Of a stretch of 64,000 bases of DNA, positions 8,050 to 17,459 are shown piece after piece. The stretch is from a virus. Lineage: Duplodnaviria > Caudoviricetes. The position numbers and the translations under genes are program-made. The notes under the pieces were generated by a model. The model made no database searches. It had not been told where the DNA came from and saw only the letters and a list, made by a program, of their open reading frames with translations. The stretch covers positions 9,392-73,391 of IMG/VR virus record IMGVR_UViG_3300020047_016550. One strand, written 5' to 3'. Every line of letters begins with the position of its first letter. The first letter of the stretch is position 1.

Positions 8050-8224
8050 AATCGCCGTTTTTGTATTAGTATGCCATATTTCCATTTTTTCAGCATCAAT
8101 GTCAATTTATGAGTATTTGCAATATAAAGAAGTTGATTATCTTATTTCGGGAATAGGCTTTTACACGGTGTATTTCGTTAGCGCCTGGATTATCCGCTAT
8201 TTATTAATGCAAAAACCCCGTTAA
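8027..8224 (+). CDS. Small two-TM membrane protein
   Basis: Two hydrophobic segments; overlaps previous stop. Confidence 0.65.
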   Translation: MKRKQIFEIAVFVLVCHISIFSASMSIYEYLQYKEVDYLISGIGFYTVYFVSAWIIRYLLMQKPR

Positions 8225-8248
8225 GGGGTTTTTTCTTTTCTTAAAATC

Positions 8249-8617
8249 ATGAAAAAGAAACACGTAAAAAGAATTGTTGAAAGAATAGATCTCAATCTTT
8301 TTGGACAAGAATTTGAAATTTTAGTAAGAAAAGACCGTAAATACGGAAAACGGGTATTTATCCAGATTCAATATGAGGACGAATGCCGTAGTACACGTGA
8401 AGTTTTACTTTTAAAAGGCCGTAAATGGTATCTTTCTGAATTTATGACCGAAGACGAAATCGTAAAAACATGTTACGCTGCATTTGAAGCATGCGTAAAA
8501 CATGAAATAATGGAAGGTTTTTGTGTTGACGGCCAGATTCTTTTTAATCCGCATGTTAATTTTGAGGAATTGTTGAAAATAAGTTCAAAAGAAATAAAAA
8601 GAGAGCCCCATGGATAA
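8249..8617 (+). CDS. Conserved phage hypothetical protein (GRKWYLS...EIVKT...HEIME.F...FNPH)
   Basis: Motif pattern of a common phage family. Confidence 0.75.
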   Translation: MKKKHVKRIVERIDLNLFGQEFEILVRKDRKYGKRVFIQIQYEDECRSTREVLLLKGRKWYLSEFMTEDEIVKTCYAAFEACVKHEIMEGFCVDGQILFNPHVNFEELLKISSKEIKREPHG

Positions 8618-8834
8618 AAACCTTAAAACTTTCGTTTACGATAAAAACGGATATTATCCCAGGATCGCAAAGAAGTCAGCTCCGGTCCAAAGCTGGGATT
8701 TAATGGTTGACGGAAAACGGTATCCGGGTGCAACGGCTTGTCCTTATTCGGTATGCCAGGCAAAAAAGAAGGAACTCAAAATGAAAAAAGCTTTCAAAGA
8801 TTCCGTTTTCAAGATTGTTCCTCACAAAAAATAG
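8610..8834 (+). CDS. Small basic hypothetical protein
   Basis: Coupled to previous gene; ends at hairpin 8835. Confidence 0.65.
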   Translation: MDKNLKTFVYDKNGYYPRIAKKSAPVQSWDLMVDGKRYPGATACPYSVCQAKKKELKMKKAFKDSVFKIVPHKK

Positions 8835-8901
8835 AAAACCGTCCGCGGTTTTTTATTTTATTTTGATATATTTGAATCGTTAAACCAATACACGACAAGC
8901 A

Positions 8902-9264
8902 ATGAAAAAACAAATTGCATTTCTGGCCCTGGTTGCGTTATGCTCCTCAGTGTCATTGCCGGTGATGGCAGAAAATGACGTGGGTATTGAAAAACAGGAA
9001 TCGGTGAAAGAATTCCGCTTTGAAATCGCTACGGTTTCAGAATTTGAGCTTTCACCCGTCCTCGTTTTGCAAAACCCCGAAAAAGAAAGCTTTTACGCTT
9101 TTGTAAAAAGTCCGGCAGTGAATCCCGGCTACGTAAAATTTGACATTACAAAACAGTATGTGTCAACCCGAATACGCAATAACGGCGTGTTTGGTTTAAT
9201 AATTACGTACAATTCAAAACTGCCTAAAAAAAACAAAGGAAAACCTGTTATCCGGTTTTTGTAG
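8902..9264 (+). CDS. Exported protein with Sec-type signal peptide
   Basis: MKKQIAFLALVALCSSVSLPVMA/END; TATATTTG box at 8867-8874. Confidence 0.7.
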   Translation: MKKQIAFLALVALCSSVSLPVMAENDVGIEKQESVKEFRFEIATVSEFELSPVLVLQNPEKESFYAFVKSPAVNPGYVKFDITKQYVSTRIRNNGVFGLIITYNSKLPKKNKGKPVIRFL

Positions 9265-9343
9265 TTAGGGAATAAGGCATTTTAACATTACAGAAAAATC
9301 CTCCGTTAACCGGGGGATTTTTTTTGTTTATAAAATCAAATCA

Positions 9344-9943
9344 ATGAATACACTTATTTTTGACGTAGAAACAACCGGCCTTCCGGTTTCATGGAATGCC
9401 CCGGTTACAAATGTCGGGAACTGGCCCAGGGTAATACAGATTGCCTGGCAGGTTTATGATCCGGAAGAAAACCTGATAAAAGAAAAAGAATACCTTATCA
9501 AACCCGACGGATGGGTAATACCAAAAGAAAAATTTTGGATTGACAACGGTTTCTCGACGGAAAAAAACATGGCTGAAGGAATTCCGATTTTGGAAGCGCT
9601 GCATGATTTTGTAAAAGATCTTCAGGACTGTTCGGTAATCGTTTCACACAACATGCAGTTTGATTATTCTTGTGTGGGAGCCGAAATGGTCCGCAAAAAC
9701 CTGAAATCGGAAAACAAACCCAAAAAAATCTGTACAAAAGTTTCGGGTACCGATTATTGTAAAATTCCTTCATTAAATCCAAGGTTTAATGATTTTAAAT
9801 GGCCCAATCTACAAGAGCTCCATTTCAAACTTTTTGGAAAAGATTTTGACGGAGGTTCACATGACGCGCTTGAAGACGTGAAATGTTGTGCAAAATGCTA
9901 TTTTGCCATGAAAAAAATTGAAGGTATATTCGAAGACTTTTAA
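9344..9943 (+). CDS. DEDDh (DnaQ-like) 3'-5' exonuclease
   Basis: FDVETTG, HNMQFD, HDALEDV motifs. Confidence 0.92.
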   Translation: MNTLIFDVETTGLPVSWNAPVTNVGNWPRVIQIAWQVYDPEENLIKEKEYLIKPDGWVIPKEKFWIDNGFSTEKNMAEGIPILEALHDFVKDLQDCSVIVSHNMQFDYSCVGAEMVRKNLKSENKPKKICTKVSGTDYCKIPSLNPRFNDFKWPNLQELHFKLFGKDFDGGSHDALEDVKCCAKCYFAMKKIEGIFEDF

Positions 9944-10025
9944 GCTGCGGAGATTTCTCCGGTTTTTCCATAGATAAAATCCCGTTCGCGGGATTTTATT
10001 TTTTATCACATTTAATCAAATTCTT

Positions 10026-10256
10026 ATGGAAAAAGAAAGAGAAATCTGGGAACGCCAGAAAAAGCGTTATCCCAAAAACATTATTTTCATCAACAACGGG
10101 AAAAAAGTTGTTACGTTTGGCCGGGATGCGGAAACCGTATCGAATGAACCGGGAACATCAATATTTGAATTTCCGAAAAATGCATGCAGGGCTACCGATG
10201 CATTTATCGCAAAACTGAAAGGAAAAATATTCCTGGCCAAATGTTCCGTTGTATGA
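10026..10256 (+). CDS. Stand-alone MutS domain I-like protein
   Basis: W...K.RYP..IIF...G....TFG.DA..VS...AFIAKL...LA.C parallels MutS domain I; the FYE motif is replaced by KVV. Confidence 0.6.
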   Translation: MEKEREIWERQKKRYPKNIIFINNGKKVVTFGRDAETVSNEPGTSIFEFPKNACRATDAFIAKLKGKIFLAKCSVV

Positions 10257-10295
10257 CAAAATGCCCTACGGGGCTTTTTGTTTTTTCTAAAAAAA

Positions 10296-10772
10296 ATGAA
10301 AAACAGCGCAGAATACACCAATCCGGCCATAGTAGCCGAAATAGAGGTAGTTTACCGTTCAATGGTGAAAGCATCCGAAAGAAAACAGATAAAAAGCAGT
10401 TCAGACGCTGCCAAAATATTCCGTGAAGCATACCCGGACGGCCAAATTGAATACAGAGAATTATTTTATGCAATGTATTTAAGTAAAGCCAATAAAGTAT
10501 TGGCAATACAAAAAATAAGTGAAGGAGGTACTGCTTCAACTGTTGTTGACGTTAAAATGATAATGCAGAGTGCCCTTAAAACAAATTCACATAGAATAAT
10601 TCTATGTCATAATCATCCAAGCGGAGCTTTAAAACCAAGTGAAATGGACATAAAACTGACTAAAAAATTAATTCAAGCCGGTGTTATTTTAGAAATTGAA
10701 ATAACGGATCATATAATATTAACAGAAGAAGATTATTATTCTTTTGCTGATAACGGAATAATGAATGCATAA
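10296..10772 (+). CDS. radC: RadC-like JAB domain protein
   Basis: RE.F, GG...T.VD, HNHPSG...PS..D, DHII motifs; VAEIEVVY N-terminus typical of Bacteroidota members. Confidence 0.92.
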   Translation: MKNSAEYTNPAIVAEIEVVYRSMVKASERKQIKSSSDAAKIFREAYPDGQIEYRELFYAMYLSKANKVLAIQKISEGGTASTVVDVKMIMQSALKTNSHRIILCHNHPSGALKPSEMDIKLTKKLIQAGVILEIEITDHIILTEEDYYSFADNGIMNA

Positions 10773-10805
10773 AAAATCCTTCGCGGATTTTTTTTTCTTT
10801 TAAAA

Positions 10806-11072
10806 ATGATTGGAGTAATAAACGATGAAGCATATTTCCACAATGAATTTGTGGGAAAACTTTCAGAAGGAAAATGGAAAGCCGTAAAAGGAAAAGAAAA
10901 AGAAATGATCCGTGCAATTAAAAAAGGCTATCTGCCGGTAAAGGAAAAAGGGTTTTATGTTGAACGCATTCTGAACGATGCAGTGATGTTGGTTTTTTCC
11001 ATTTTTCCGCTGGTTGGGATGATTTTATATTATCTCTACCAGATTGCATTGGAAAATGAGAAAATGCCGTAG
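10806..11072 (+). CDS. Hypothetical protein with C-terminal TM helix
   Basis: Hydrophobic AVMLVFSIFPLVGMILYYLY. Confidence 0.7.
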   Translation: MIGVINDEAYFHNEFVGKLSEGKWKAVKGKEKEMIRAIKKGYLPVKEKGFYVERILNDAVMLVFSIFPLVGMILYYLYQIALENEKMP

Positions 11073-11097
11073 GGCATTTTCTTTTTCATTAAACATC

Positions 11098-11403
11098 ATG
11101 ACAGAATACAATTACTCAAAGCTTATCGTAATAAGCCTGAAAGACAGAAAAACCGGCGAAGAATCACACAGCCTGATTGAATATTCTCTGTACGGAAAAA
11201 ACAATGATTACGCCGTTTCGGTTTATGTAAGCACAAAAAATCCCGGAGAATACATTACATGCGTAAATCATGAGATTCCTTACCAATTTGTTCCGGGAAC
11301 CGTTGAGTTCATAACTTTGGAAGATAAAACAAGAAAATATATCCAGAGTGCAAAACGAATTTTGATAAACCATTCAAAAAAGAAAATCTTCATTGAAATT
11401 TAA
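11098..11403 (+). CDS. Hypothetical protein (101 aa)
   Basis: ATG after conserved leader. Confidence 0.7.
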   Translation: MTEYNYSKLIVISLKDRKTGEESHSLIEYSLYGKNNDYAVSVYVSTKNPGEYITCVNHEIPYQFVPGTVEFITLEDKTRKYIQSAKRILINHSKKKIFIEI

Positions 11404-11433
11404 AAGCCCGTGGGCTTTTATTTTTTTTTAAAC

Positions 11434-11847
11434 ATGAAAACTCAAATCAAATTACAAGGCCAAGAAATTAATATCTCGGCAAAACTTACCGCAAAATCTG
11501 TATATTTTCCAAACTCGGATTCAAAAACAAAGCACAACCAGTACAGTATTTCCATTTCAAATGGTTCAGAAAATGTATCATTTAACTTTTATGATTCACA
11601 AGCCAATTTGAGCAAAACAGAGTTAAACGCAAACGGTTTGAAATATGCCCTTTATTGCTGTCTGACTGATTCTAACTATGCAGATTCAAATTTTGAAGAT
11701 TTTTGCTCATCACTTGGATATGATGCAGATAACAAATACCCCAAACGAATTTACTCGATTTGTAAAAAAGCAAATGAAAAGATGAATTTGATATTTTCAG
11801 ACATTTATGAGGCTATGGAAGAATTAAGAGAAATTTTAGGCGAATAA
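11434..11847 (+). CDS. Conserved phage hypothetical protein (FEDFC..LGYD.D...IY..C family)
   Basis: C-terminal motif of a widespread phage family. Confidence 0.75.
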   Translation: MKTQIKLQGQEINISAKLTAKSVYFPNSDSKTKHNQYSISISNGSENVSFNFYDSQANLSKTELNANGLKYALYCCLTDSNYADSNFEDFCSSLGYDADNKYPKRIYSICKKANEKMNLIFSDIYEAMEELREILGE

Positions 11848-11897
11848 TAGGGTGAGGCAACCTCAGTCAACATGTTTAATCTTTAATAATTAGTAAA

Positions 11898-12107
11898 ATG
11901 TCACAACACGAACAAATAAACGCAATACACGAAAGCCTGATAAACGGACAAGGCAGACAGGCAGTTAAACAGATGCAGGATTATAGTATGTATGATTTTT
12001 TTGCCGACTATAGTACATACTTAAGAGCTATTTATGACGATGCAGAGAAGCGAGAGTCTTACTTACTTGCTGCCGCTAACTACTATTTCAGAATAACCAA
12101 CAGATAA
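11898..12107 (+). CDS. Small hypothetical protein
   Basis: A-rich leader, protein-like composition. Confidence 0.65.
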   Translation: MSQHEQINAIHESLINGQGRQAVKQMQDYSMYDFFADYSTYLRAIYDDAEKRESYLLAAANYYFRITNR

Positions 12108-12213
12108 TACCACCAACCCCGGACCGATTGACGGCAAAATAACAGTAAATTAAAAGTGCTTTTCAATCTTTCAAATGAAAGCCCCGTTCGCGGGGTTTTC
12201 TTTTTTCATAAAC

Positions 12214-13215
12214 ATGGAAAAATTAGAAACAATTGAAATTACAGAAAAGAAAAATGTATTTTTCAGTAAATACGCCGGAAAGTTTGACACTCCAAAAAAA
12301 ATAAACAGAAGTTCCAAAAGTATACCGGAAAACTTCATTGATAAAATAGAAAATGGAGAATGTAACAGCGCAGATATTGAAATGCTACAAAATATCGTGC
12401 CAGTTTATACTTACAAAACCTGTTTAACAATACACGGAAACTTTCCTGACATAAACAGAACAAGAATAGGTGTCTATAAAAACATCATTCAAAACCAAAA
12501 CGGAAGTCTTGAAATACGATGGAGTGCAATTGACAACCACAAAAAAAAGCAAATAAAGGAATATATACGCCCCTATTCAGGTTACAATGTCCAAGAAAAC
12601 AGCACATCCGGAATATATTTTGAAAAAAATGTAGTAACAAGCAACAAGGCAGAAGCTTATAAAGTACTTGCAGAAATGAAAGCAGAAGCCGAAAATATGA
12701 ACATACCAGGAATGATGGCAAAATTCTATGTAATGGGATATTCATATTGGGGCAGATACTATATAACACTTACAATTTTACCGTTTAAAATACACGGAGA
12801 TCCTTTGGAAATAGCAGCAACAATAGTAGGAGTAAACAGTAATGAAATGCTTGAAACTTACAATGCAAGAAAAGCAGAACAAGAACGGAAAGACAAAGAA
12901 CACAAAGAACAAATTGACCGAATAAACAATATAGTAGAAGAACAAATGCAAAAAGCATTAGAAGGAATAAAGCATCTCAGTAAAACCAAAATAGAACCGG
13001 TGCCCGGATCCGTTTATATTGTACCTACAGTTTCCAATTCAAAAAAACCATGTTACCGTTTTTATAAAATAACAGAAAAAGGCAGTTTTGGTAGAGTGAA
13101 AGTTGAAACATACCTTGCTGAAAGTCCGGAAATTGACAATAGTAAGTTTACTCCATTAATGAAAGGTAAACAACTAAAAGTTTCTGAAATAACAACAAAG
13201 GAAGTTTATAAATAA
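12214..13215 (+). CDS. Hypothetical protein (333 aa), A-rich coding sequence
   Basis: Long ORF flanked by two near-identical CCCCGTTCGCGGGG hairpins. Confidence 0.8.
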   Translation: MEKLETIEITEKKNVFFSKYAGKFDTPKKINRSSKSIPENFIDKIENGECNSADIEMLQNIVPVYTYKTCLTIHGNFPDINRTRIGVYKNIIQNQNGSLEIRWSAIDNHKKKQIKEYIRPYSGYNVQENSTSGIYFEKNVVTSNKAEAYKVLAEMKAEAENMNIPGMMAKFYVMGYSYWGRYYITLTILPFKIHGDPLEIAATIVGVNSNEMLETYNARKAEQERKDKEHKEQIDRINNIVEEQMQKALEGIKHLSKTKIEPVPGSVYIVPTVSNSKKPCYRFYKITEKGSFGRVKVETYLAESPEIDNSKFTPLMKGKQLKVSEITTKEVYK

Positions 13216-13256
13216 ATATAAAACCCCCGTTCGCGGGGTTTTATATTTTCTTAAAC

Positions 13257-13526
13257 ATGAAAAAAACTTATGACGTACTTTCTCCCGACGGTTTTCCCAT
13301 TAACCCTGAAATGGATTATCCAAACATTAAAACCGCAATCAAAGAAACCAAAAAATTTGCCAAACGGTATATCGGTCAGGGATATTACTCTTCAAACAAG
13401 GGACGTATTCCCATTGATTACATACCAAGCGAATGTACCCTTGTTGAAAAAGACGTAAACGGCAAACAAGTTTCTATTCCTTTGTGCGATTATTTACCCG
13501 GACGTTTTAACCAACCTTATTTCTAA
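13257..13526 (+). CDS. Conserved phage hypothetical protein (DVLSPDGF...RY..QGYYSS)
   Basis: Recognisable motif. Confidence 0.75.
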   Translation: MKKTYDVLSPDGFPINPEMDYPNIKTAIKETKKFAKRYIGQGYYSSNKGRIPIDYIPSECTLVEKDVNGKQVSIPLCDYLPGRFNQPYF

Positions 13527-14122
13527 TGTATACGGAACTTACACAACATGTCAGGTATATGCCTGAAAGCAGTAGAAAACCATATTTTATTGCAAAAAAT
13601 CAGGAAAATTTTATTAAACTTGTTCCCGTATTCAAATCTGAAGAGAAATTTGACTTTGAAGAGTTTATTACTCCAAGACGGGTATTTTGGGCAGATAATG
13701 AAGAACTGGAAAATGTGGAAAAATTTTTTGAAAACGTAAATGCTGTCATACAATCACATCATCAAAGCATATTTTTGATTAAAAAAATGGCACTTGAAAA
13801 ACTTATCCAAGAATCAGAAAAACAGGCCGCGGCCTTTTTTCTTTTAAAAAACAGAAAAATGAAAATAAAAAAAATCAGGCTGGAAAAAGCCTTAATCACG
13901 CCGCAACAAAAGATTTCCGTTTCAATGGAAGCTGAAATCGAACCGGGAGAAAATCACGGGGAATGTCTTTTAGAACTGGAACAAAAGATTAATGAGGCAA
14001 TCGGAACCGAAGGAACCCTCGAACTTTATCCTTCCGGTGTTTCAAAAGTTACAAAGCCCCAAAAAGCAGAACCGGAAGAAACTCCCGTAATCGAAAACAA
14101 CGAAGAAAACGACGATTTTTAA
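13526..14122 (+). CDS. Hypothetical protein; probable internal start at 13859
   Basis: Open frame contains a hairpin/T-tract leader element at 13824-13858 and an in-frame ATG. Confidence 0.6.
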   Translation: MYTELTQHVRYMPESSRKPYFIAKNQENFIKLVPVFKSEEKFDFEEFITPRRVFWADNEELENVEKFFENVNAVIQSHHQSIFLIKKMALEKLIQESEKQAAAFFLLKNRKMKIKKIRLEKALITPQQKISVSMEAEIEPGENHGECLLELEQKINEAIGTEGTLELYPSGVSKVTKPQKAEPEETPVIENNEENDDF

Positions 14123-14141
14123 CAAACAAATACCAATTAAA

Positions 14142-14675
14142 ATGCTGGAAGCAATATTAAACGCATTGGGTGAAGGAAAAGACATCCAACTGAATTTCAA
14201 AAACAACATGGTAATCATCGCCATGAAAGAAAATGATGAAGAAACATTTAATTCTCCCGTTATCGTAAAGAAACTGGATGAAAGTGTTATCGCTTCAACA
14301 ATCGTGCAGTATGCAAAAATTCTTTCCACTGTTGAAGAACCGGATGTTACGGGCCTTGAAAATGTAAAATCGGTGAAAAAAGAACCTAAAGCTGCCGGAA
14401 AAACAAAAGCAAAAGCAAACGCTGAAGAAAAACCGGCTGAAAAAGAATCAGCTGAGGAAAAACCAGCCGATCCAAAATCAATCCAGGGCCCAAATCCTGA
14501 GTTGTTCAAATTGCCGAGCGAAGAACGTATTGAAAAATACAAATCAGAAAGTTCCACAGCATCACAGGCTTCTCCCGGAGATGAATTTCCCGAGCCCGTA
14601 AATGAGCCGGTAAAAGAAGAAACGGCATCGGCCACTGACGTAGCATCTTATTTAGACGAAGAGGAGGATTTTTAA
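14142..14675 (+). CDS. PRTRC system protein E-like
   Basis: Short N-terminal alpha/beta domain plus long K/E/A/P-rich acidic tail; position directly before protein C. Confidence 0.6.
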   Translation: MLEAILNALGEGKDIQLNFKNNMVIIAMKENDEETFNSPVIVKKLDESVIASTIVQYAKILSTVEEPDVTGLENVKSVKKEPKAAGKTKAKANAEEKPAEKESAEEKPADPKSIQGPNPELFKLPSEERIEKYKSESSTASQASPGDEFPEPVNEPVKEETASATDVASYLDEEEDF

Positions 14676-14894
14676 ATGAATGAAGCACAAGTAATGGTGA
14701 GAGAGTTCTTGGTAAAGAACGGCACCAAAGAAACCGTTTTCCCGGATCCGGGAATAAAATTCACCGTCAATGAAGTGAAAAAAATGGCATCTTCCGTTTA
14801 TCCGCCTGTTTTAACTTCGTCAATAGAAGGTCCTGTTTATGAAGGTGAAAAAGCAAAATATACTTTTGTATGTGGAGCGAAGACCAAAGGTTAA
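14676..14894 (+). CDS. PRTRC system protein C (ubiquitin-like modifier)
   Basis: R.F, PDP....V.EV.....S.YP, IEGP, Y.F and C-terminal TKG. Confidence 0.85.
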   Translation: MNEAQVMVREFLVKNGTKETVFPDPGIKFTVNEVKKMASSVYPPVLTSSIEGPVYEGEKAKYTFVCGAKTKG

Positions 14895-14928
14895 AAACTG
14901 TCGAACTTAAAAACAAGTATCTTAAAAA

Positions 14929-15945
14929 ATGGGGAAAATCAAAAAAAGAGACAAAAACCATCGAACAAATGGAAAATCTCAAATTCGATTTCTACAAAAA
15001 TTCAAAAACGATACCTGTTCCCACGGAATGTTTGAATGTAAAACTGTAATAACCGATTTAAAGCCCAGATTAAAACCCTGGGCTTTTTTTACGGTTGATT
15101 ATAACGAAAGCGGAAATTATGAAACACACTGGGAGCAAGTTTTTGAAAATTTTGTTGAAGCTTTTTCCGGATATAAAAAGTTTGACATTATCAGCGAAAG
15201 TAATCTGGACAAAAATCCTGAAGAAATGATTGATTTGATGGGCCAGAAACTGAATTTGGTTTCTTATGTCCATTATACCGATTTTTACGGAATTGCCAGT
15301 TTTGTTGAAAATATTGAGCTTAAATGGGTAAAAGTTTCATTAATAAACAGTCTTCCCGAAAAAGAAAAGATTCTTTTTAAATGTTTGTGTTATCTGCTTT
15401 ACCATGTCTTTGACAAAGGGAACGATTCAGTTTATATTGATGAACTTTCAGAAATCATTACCGAAACGGAACAGTATTCAAAAAATGAATTTACGGTTGA
15501 GTTGTTTTCGGGTCATTCGAGAAACAGAAAAAACAGTCTGGCTTTGACAAAAAATGAAAGAAAGGCAAAAGAAATATATTCTTTCATCGAAAATGCTTCA
15601 ATACATGAAGTAATCCAGATACTTGAAGAACAGTCTTACTCAAACACAAGAAATCTGCTTTTAAAAGCCGCAAAATGTTATTCACATACTGACGGTTATT
15701 CAATCTGTTGTGTTTCTGATTTAGGCACAGGTGAAATATTTCCTGTCGATCCGGTTGTTTTTTCATGGGATTTTGATGATTCTGATTTAAATTATGGATA
15801 CATAGTAACGGTAATTCCGCTTCATGAAAATGTACCTTTTCAAAGTCCGAAATACAAAAAAATAGAAAAACTGATTTATTTATCATTAAAACTTTTGACC
15901 GAATATGAGCGCTTTGAAACTCACGAATGCGTTACTGGTGTTTAA
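14929..15945 (+). CDS. PRTRC protein F-like / uncharacterised operon member
   Basis: Position between C and B as in Bacteroidota PRTRC loci; sequence similarity not established. Confidence 0.45.
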   Translation: MGKIKKRDKNHRTNGKSQIRFLQKFKNDTCSHGMFECKTVITDLKPRLKPWAFFTVDYNESGNYETHWEQVFENFVEAFSGYKKFDIISESNLDKNPEEMIDLMGQKLNLVSYVHYTDFYGIASFVENIELKWVKVSLINSLPEKEKILFKCLCYLLYHVFDKGNDSVYIDELSEIITETEQYSKNEFTVELFSGHSRNRKNSLALTKNERKAKEIYSFIENASIHEVIQILEEQSYSNTRNLLLKAAKCYSHTDGYSICCVSDLGTGEIFPVDPVVFSWDFDDSDLNYGYIVTVIPLHENVPFQSPKYKKIEKLIYLSLKLLTEYERFETHECVTGV

Positions 15946-16501
15946 AACCGGCGACAATCATAATTATTACGAGCTGGCCACTTACCGGCAAATTTCGGAA
16001 ACTTCTTATGAAGAAACTGAAAGAAAACCTGTTACCCCCGATTTAATCAGGAAGTTGAATCTTTTTACCATTCCCGAAAAAGAAAAGTTTTCACTGAAAG
16101 GAAAGCTAAACCGAAACGTCATAAAAATGGATGTTTCAAACCAGGGATATGAAATAACGTGGGAGCCCAAAAACTACAGTTCAACCGTAATTGTGGTAGG
16201 AGAACATTTTCCCGTGAAATGGCCTAAAATCATTTTTAAGGCCAATGTTGACAAATTATGGGTTTACGTATTAAAACAGGGAAAACTTATGTCAAATCCT
16301 TTCCCCAATGTTTCCGGAGGTTCCCAGATGTGTTTTGGCAATATTGATAAAAAAAACTCATTCAGTGATTTTGAAGACTTTTTTGAAACATTTGAAAGTT
16401 ATTTTTTCAATACTTCATTTACGGATTCAAACGAATTTCTGGAAAGTTGTATCAATTTAAAACCGAATTTAACATTACTGAAAAACCATGCATCTGATTA
16501 A
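15905..16501 (+). CDS. PRTRC system protein B (prokaryotic E2 family D)
   Basis: ALLVFK start, WP..IFK, NPFPNV..GS.MCFGN with candidate catalytic Cys, YFFNTSFT. Confidence 0.82.
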   Translation: MSALKLTNALLVFKTGDNHNYYELATYRQISETSYEETERKPVTPDLIRKLNLFTIPEKEKFSLKGKLNRNVIKMDVSNQGYEITWEPKNYSSTVIVVGEHFPVKWPKIIFKANVDKLWVYVLKQGKLMSNPFPNVSGGSQMCFGNIDKKNSFSDFEDFFETFESYFFNTSFTDSNEFLESCINLKPNLTLLKNHASD

Positions 16502-17222
16502 TCATTTTATCCAAAAAGAAGGAAACCAGGATCCGGTAACAATTGCGGTAATAGGCGCCGGCGGAAACGGCTCACATTTTCTTTATTCACTGGCGGCATT
16601 ACAGAATGTTCTTTACCAAATCCGGGGCCAGGAATTGGCCGTAATGGTATATGATGATGACCTGGTTGAAAAACACAATTGCGGAAGGCAGTTGTTTTTC
16701 GAACAGGAAATAGGAATGTCAAAATCAAGAGCCATAATCCAGAGAATAAACAGAAGCTATGGCTATTCATGGGAATTTCGTGAACAAAAGATGAAATCGT
16801 GCCCATCGGCAAACATTGTCGTTACTTGTACCGATAACATTGCTTCGCGAAAAATCATAGAAAAAGCACGTTCCAAAACACATCAGCACAGATACCATAA
16901 CCATTATTCCAATTTGTATTGGCTGGATATGGGTAATGACCGAAATTCAGGAAACGTGATTTTGTCAACTTTTGTAAAATCCGGTAATAATTCACTTAAA
17001 AGCGTATTTGAAATTTTCCCGGAATTGATGAAAAAAAAAGAAGACAATAAACCTTCATGCGGAATGCTGGAATCTTTAATGCAGCAAGATGTTTTTATCA
17101 ATAAAATAATTGCGACACTGGCCGCAAAAATGTTGAAAACGCTGTTTTTGGATTCTACAACAAACCACCATGGAATATTTGTTGACATAGAAAATCCTTC
17201 AATGACAGAAATACCCTGCTGA
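16488..17222 (+). CDS. PRTRC system ThiF/E1-like activating enzyme
   Basis: VIGAGGNGS, DDD.VE..N.GRQLF, CTDN, WLDMGN, PSC..ES...QD.FIN. Confidence 0.92.
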   Translation: MHLINHFIQKEGNQDPVTIAVIGAGGNGSHFLYSLAALQNVLYQIRGQELAVMVYDDDLVEKHNCGRQLFFEQEIGMSKSRAIIQRINRSYGYSWEFREQKMKSCPSANIVVTCTDNIASRKIIEKARSKTHQHRYHNHYSNLYWLDMGNDRNSGNVILSTFVKSGNNSLKSVFEIFPELMKKKEDNKPSCGMLESLMQQDVFINKIIATLAAKMLKTLFLDSTTNHHGIFVDIENPSMTEIPC

Positions 17223-17251
17223 CGCGGGGTTTTTCTTTTATGTAAAATTTT

Positions 17252-17446
17252 ATGGATGATATCAACTATGTGCCAAAAGAAATACTAAAATTGGCCAAAG
17301 ACGTAATTTTGCTCGGGGAAAAAACAGAATTTCATTTAAACGGACATGAAATAACGGTAGAAGTGGGTGAAGAAGAAACAGTGTTTACCAAACTTATGAA
17401 CTGGAGTAAAACCATTCCGAATTCGGAAATAATCAAAAAGGCTTAA
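17252..17446 (+). CDS. Small hypothetical protein
   Basis: Bounded by two hairpins. Confidence 0.65.
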   Translation: MDDINYVPKEILKLAKDVILLGEKTEFHLNGHEITVEVGEEETVFTKLMNWSKTIPNSEIIKKA

Positions 17447-17459
17447 GGCCTTTTGTTTT

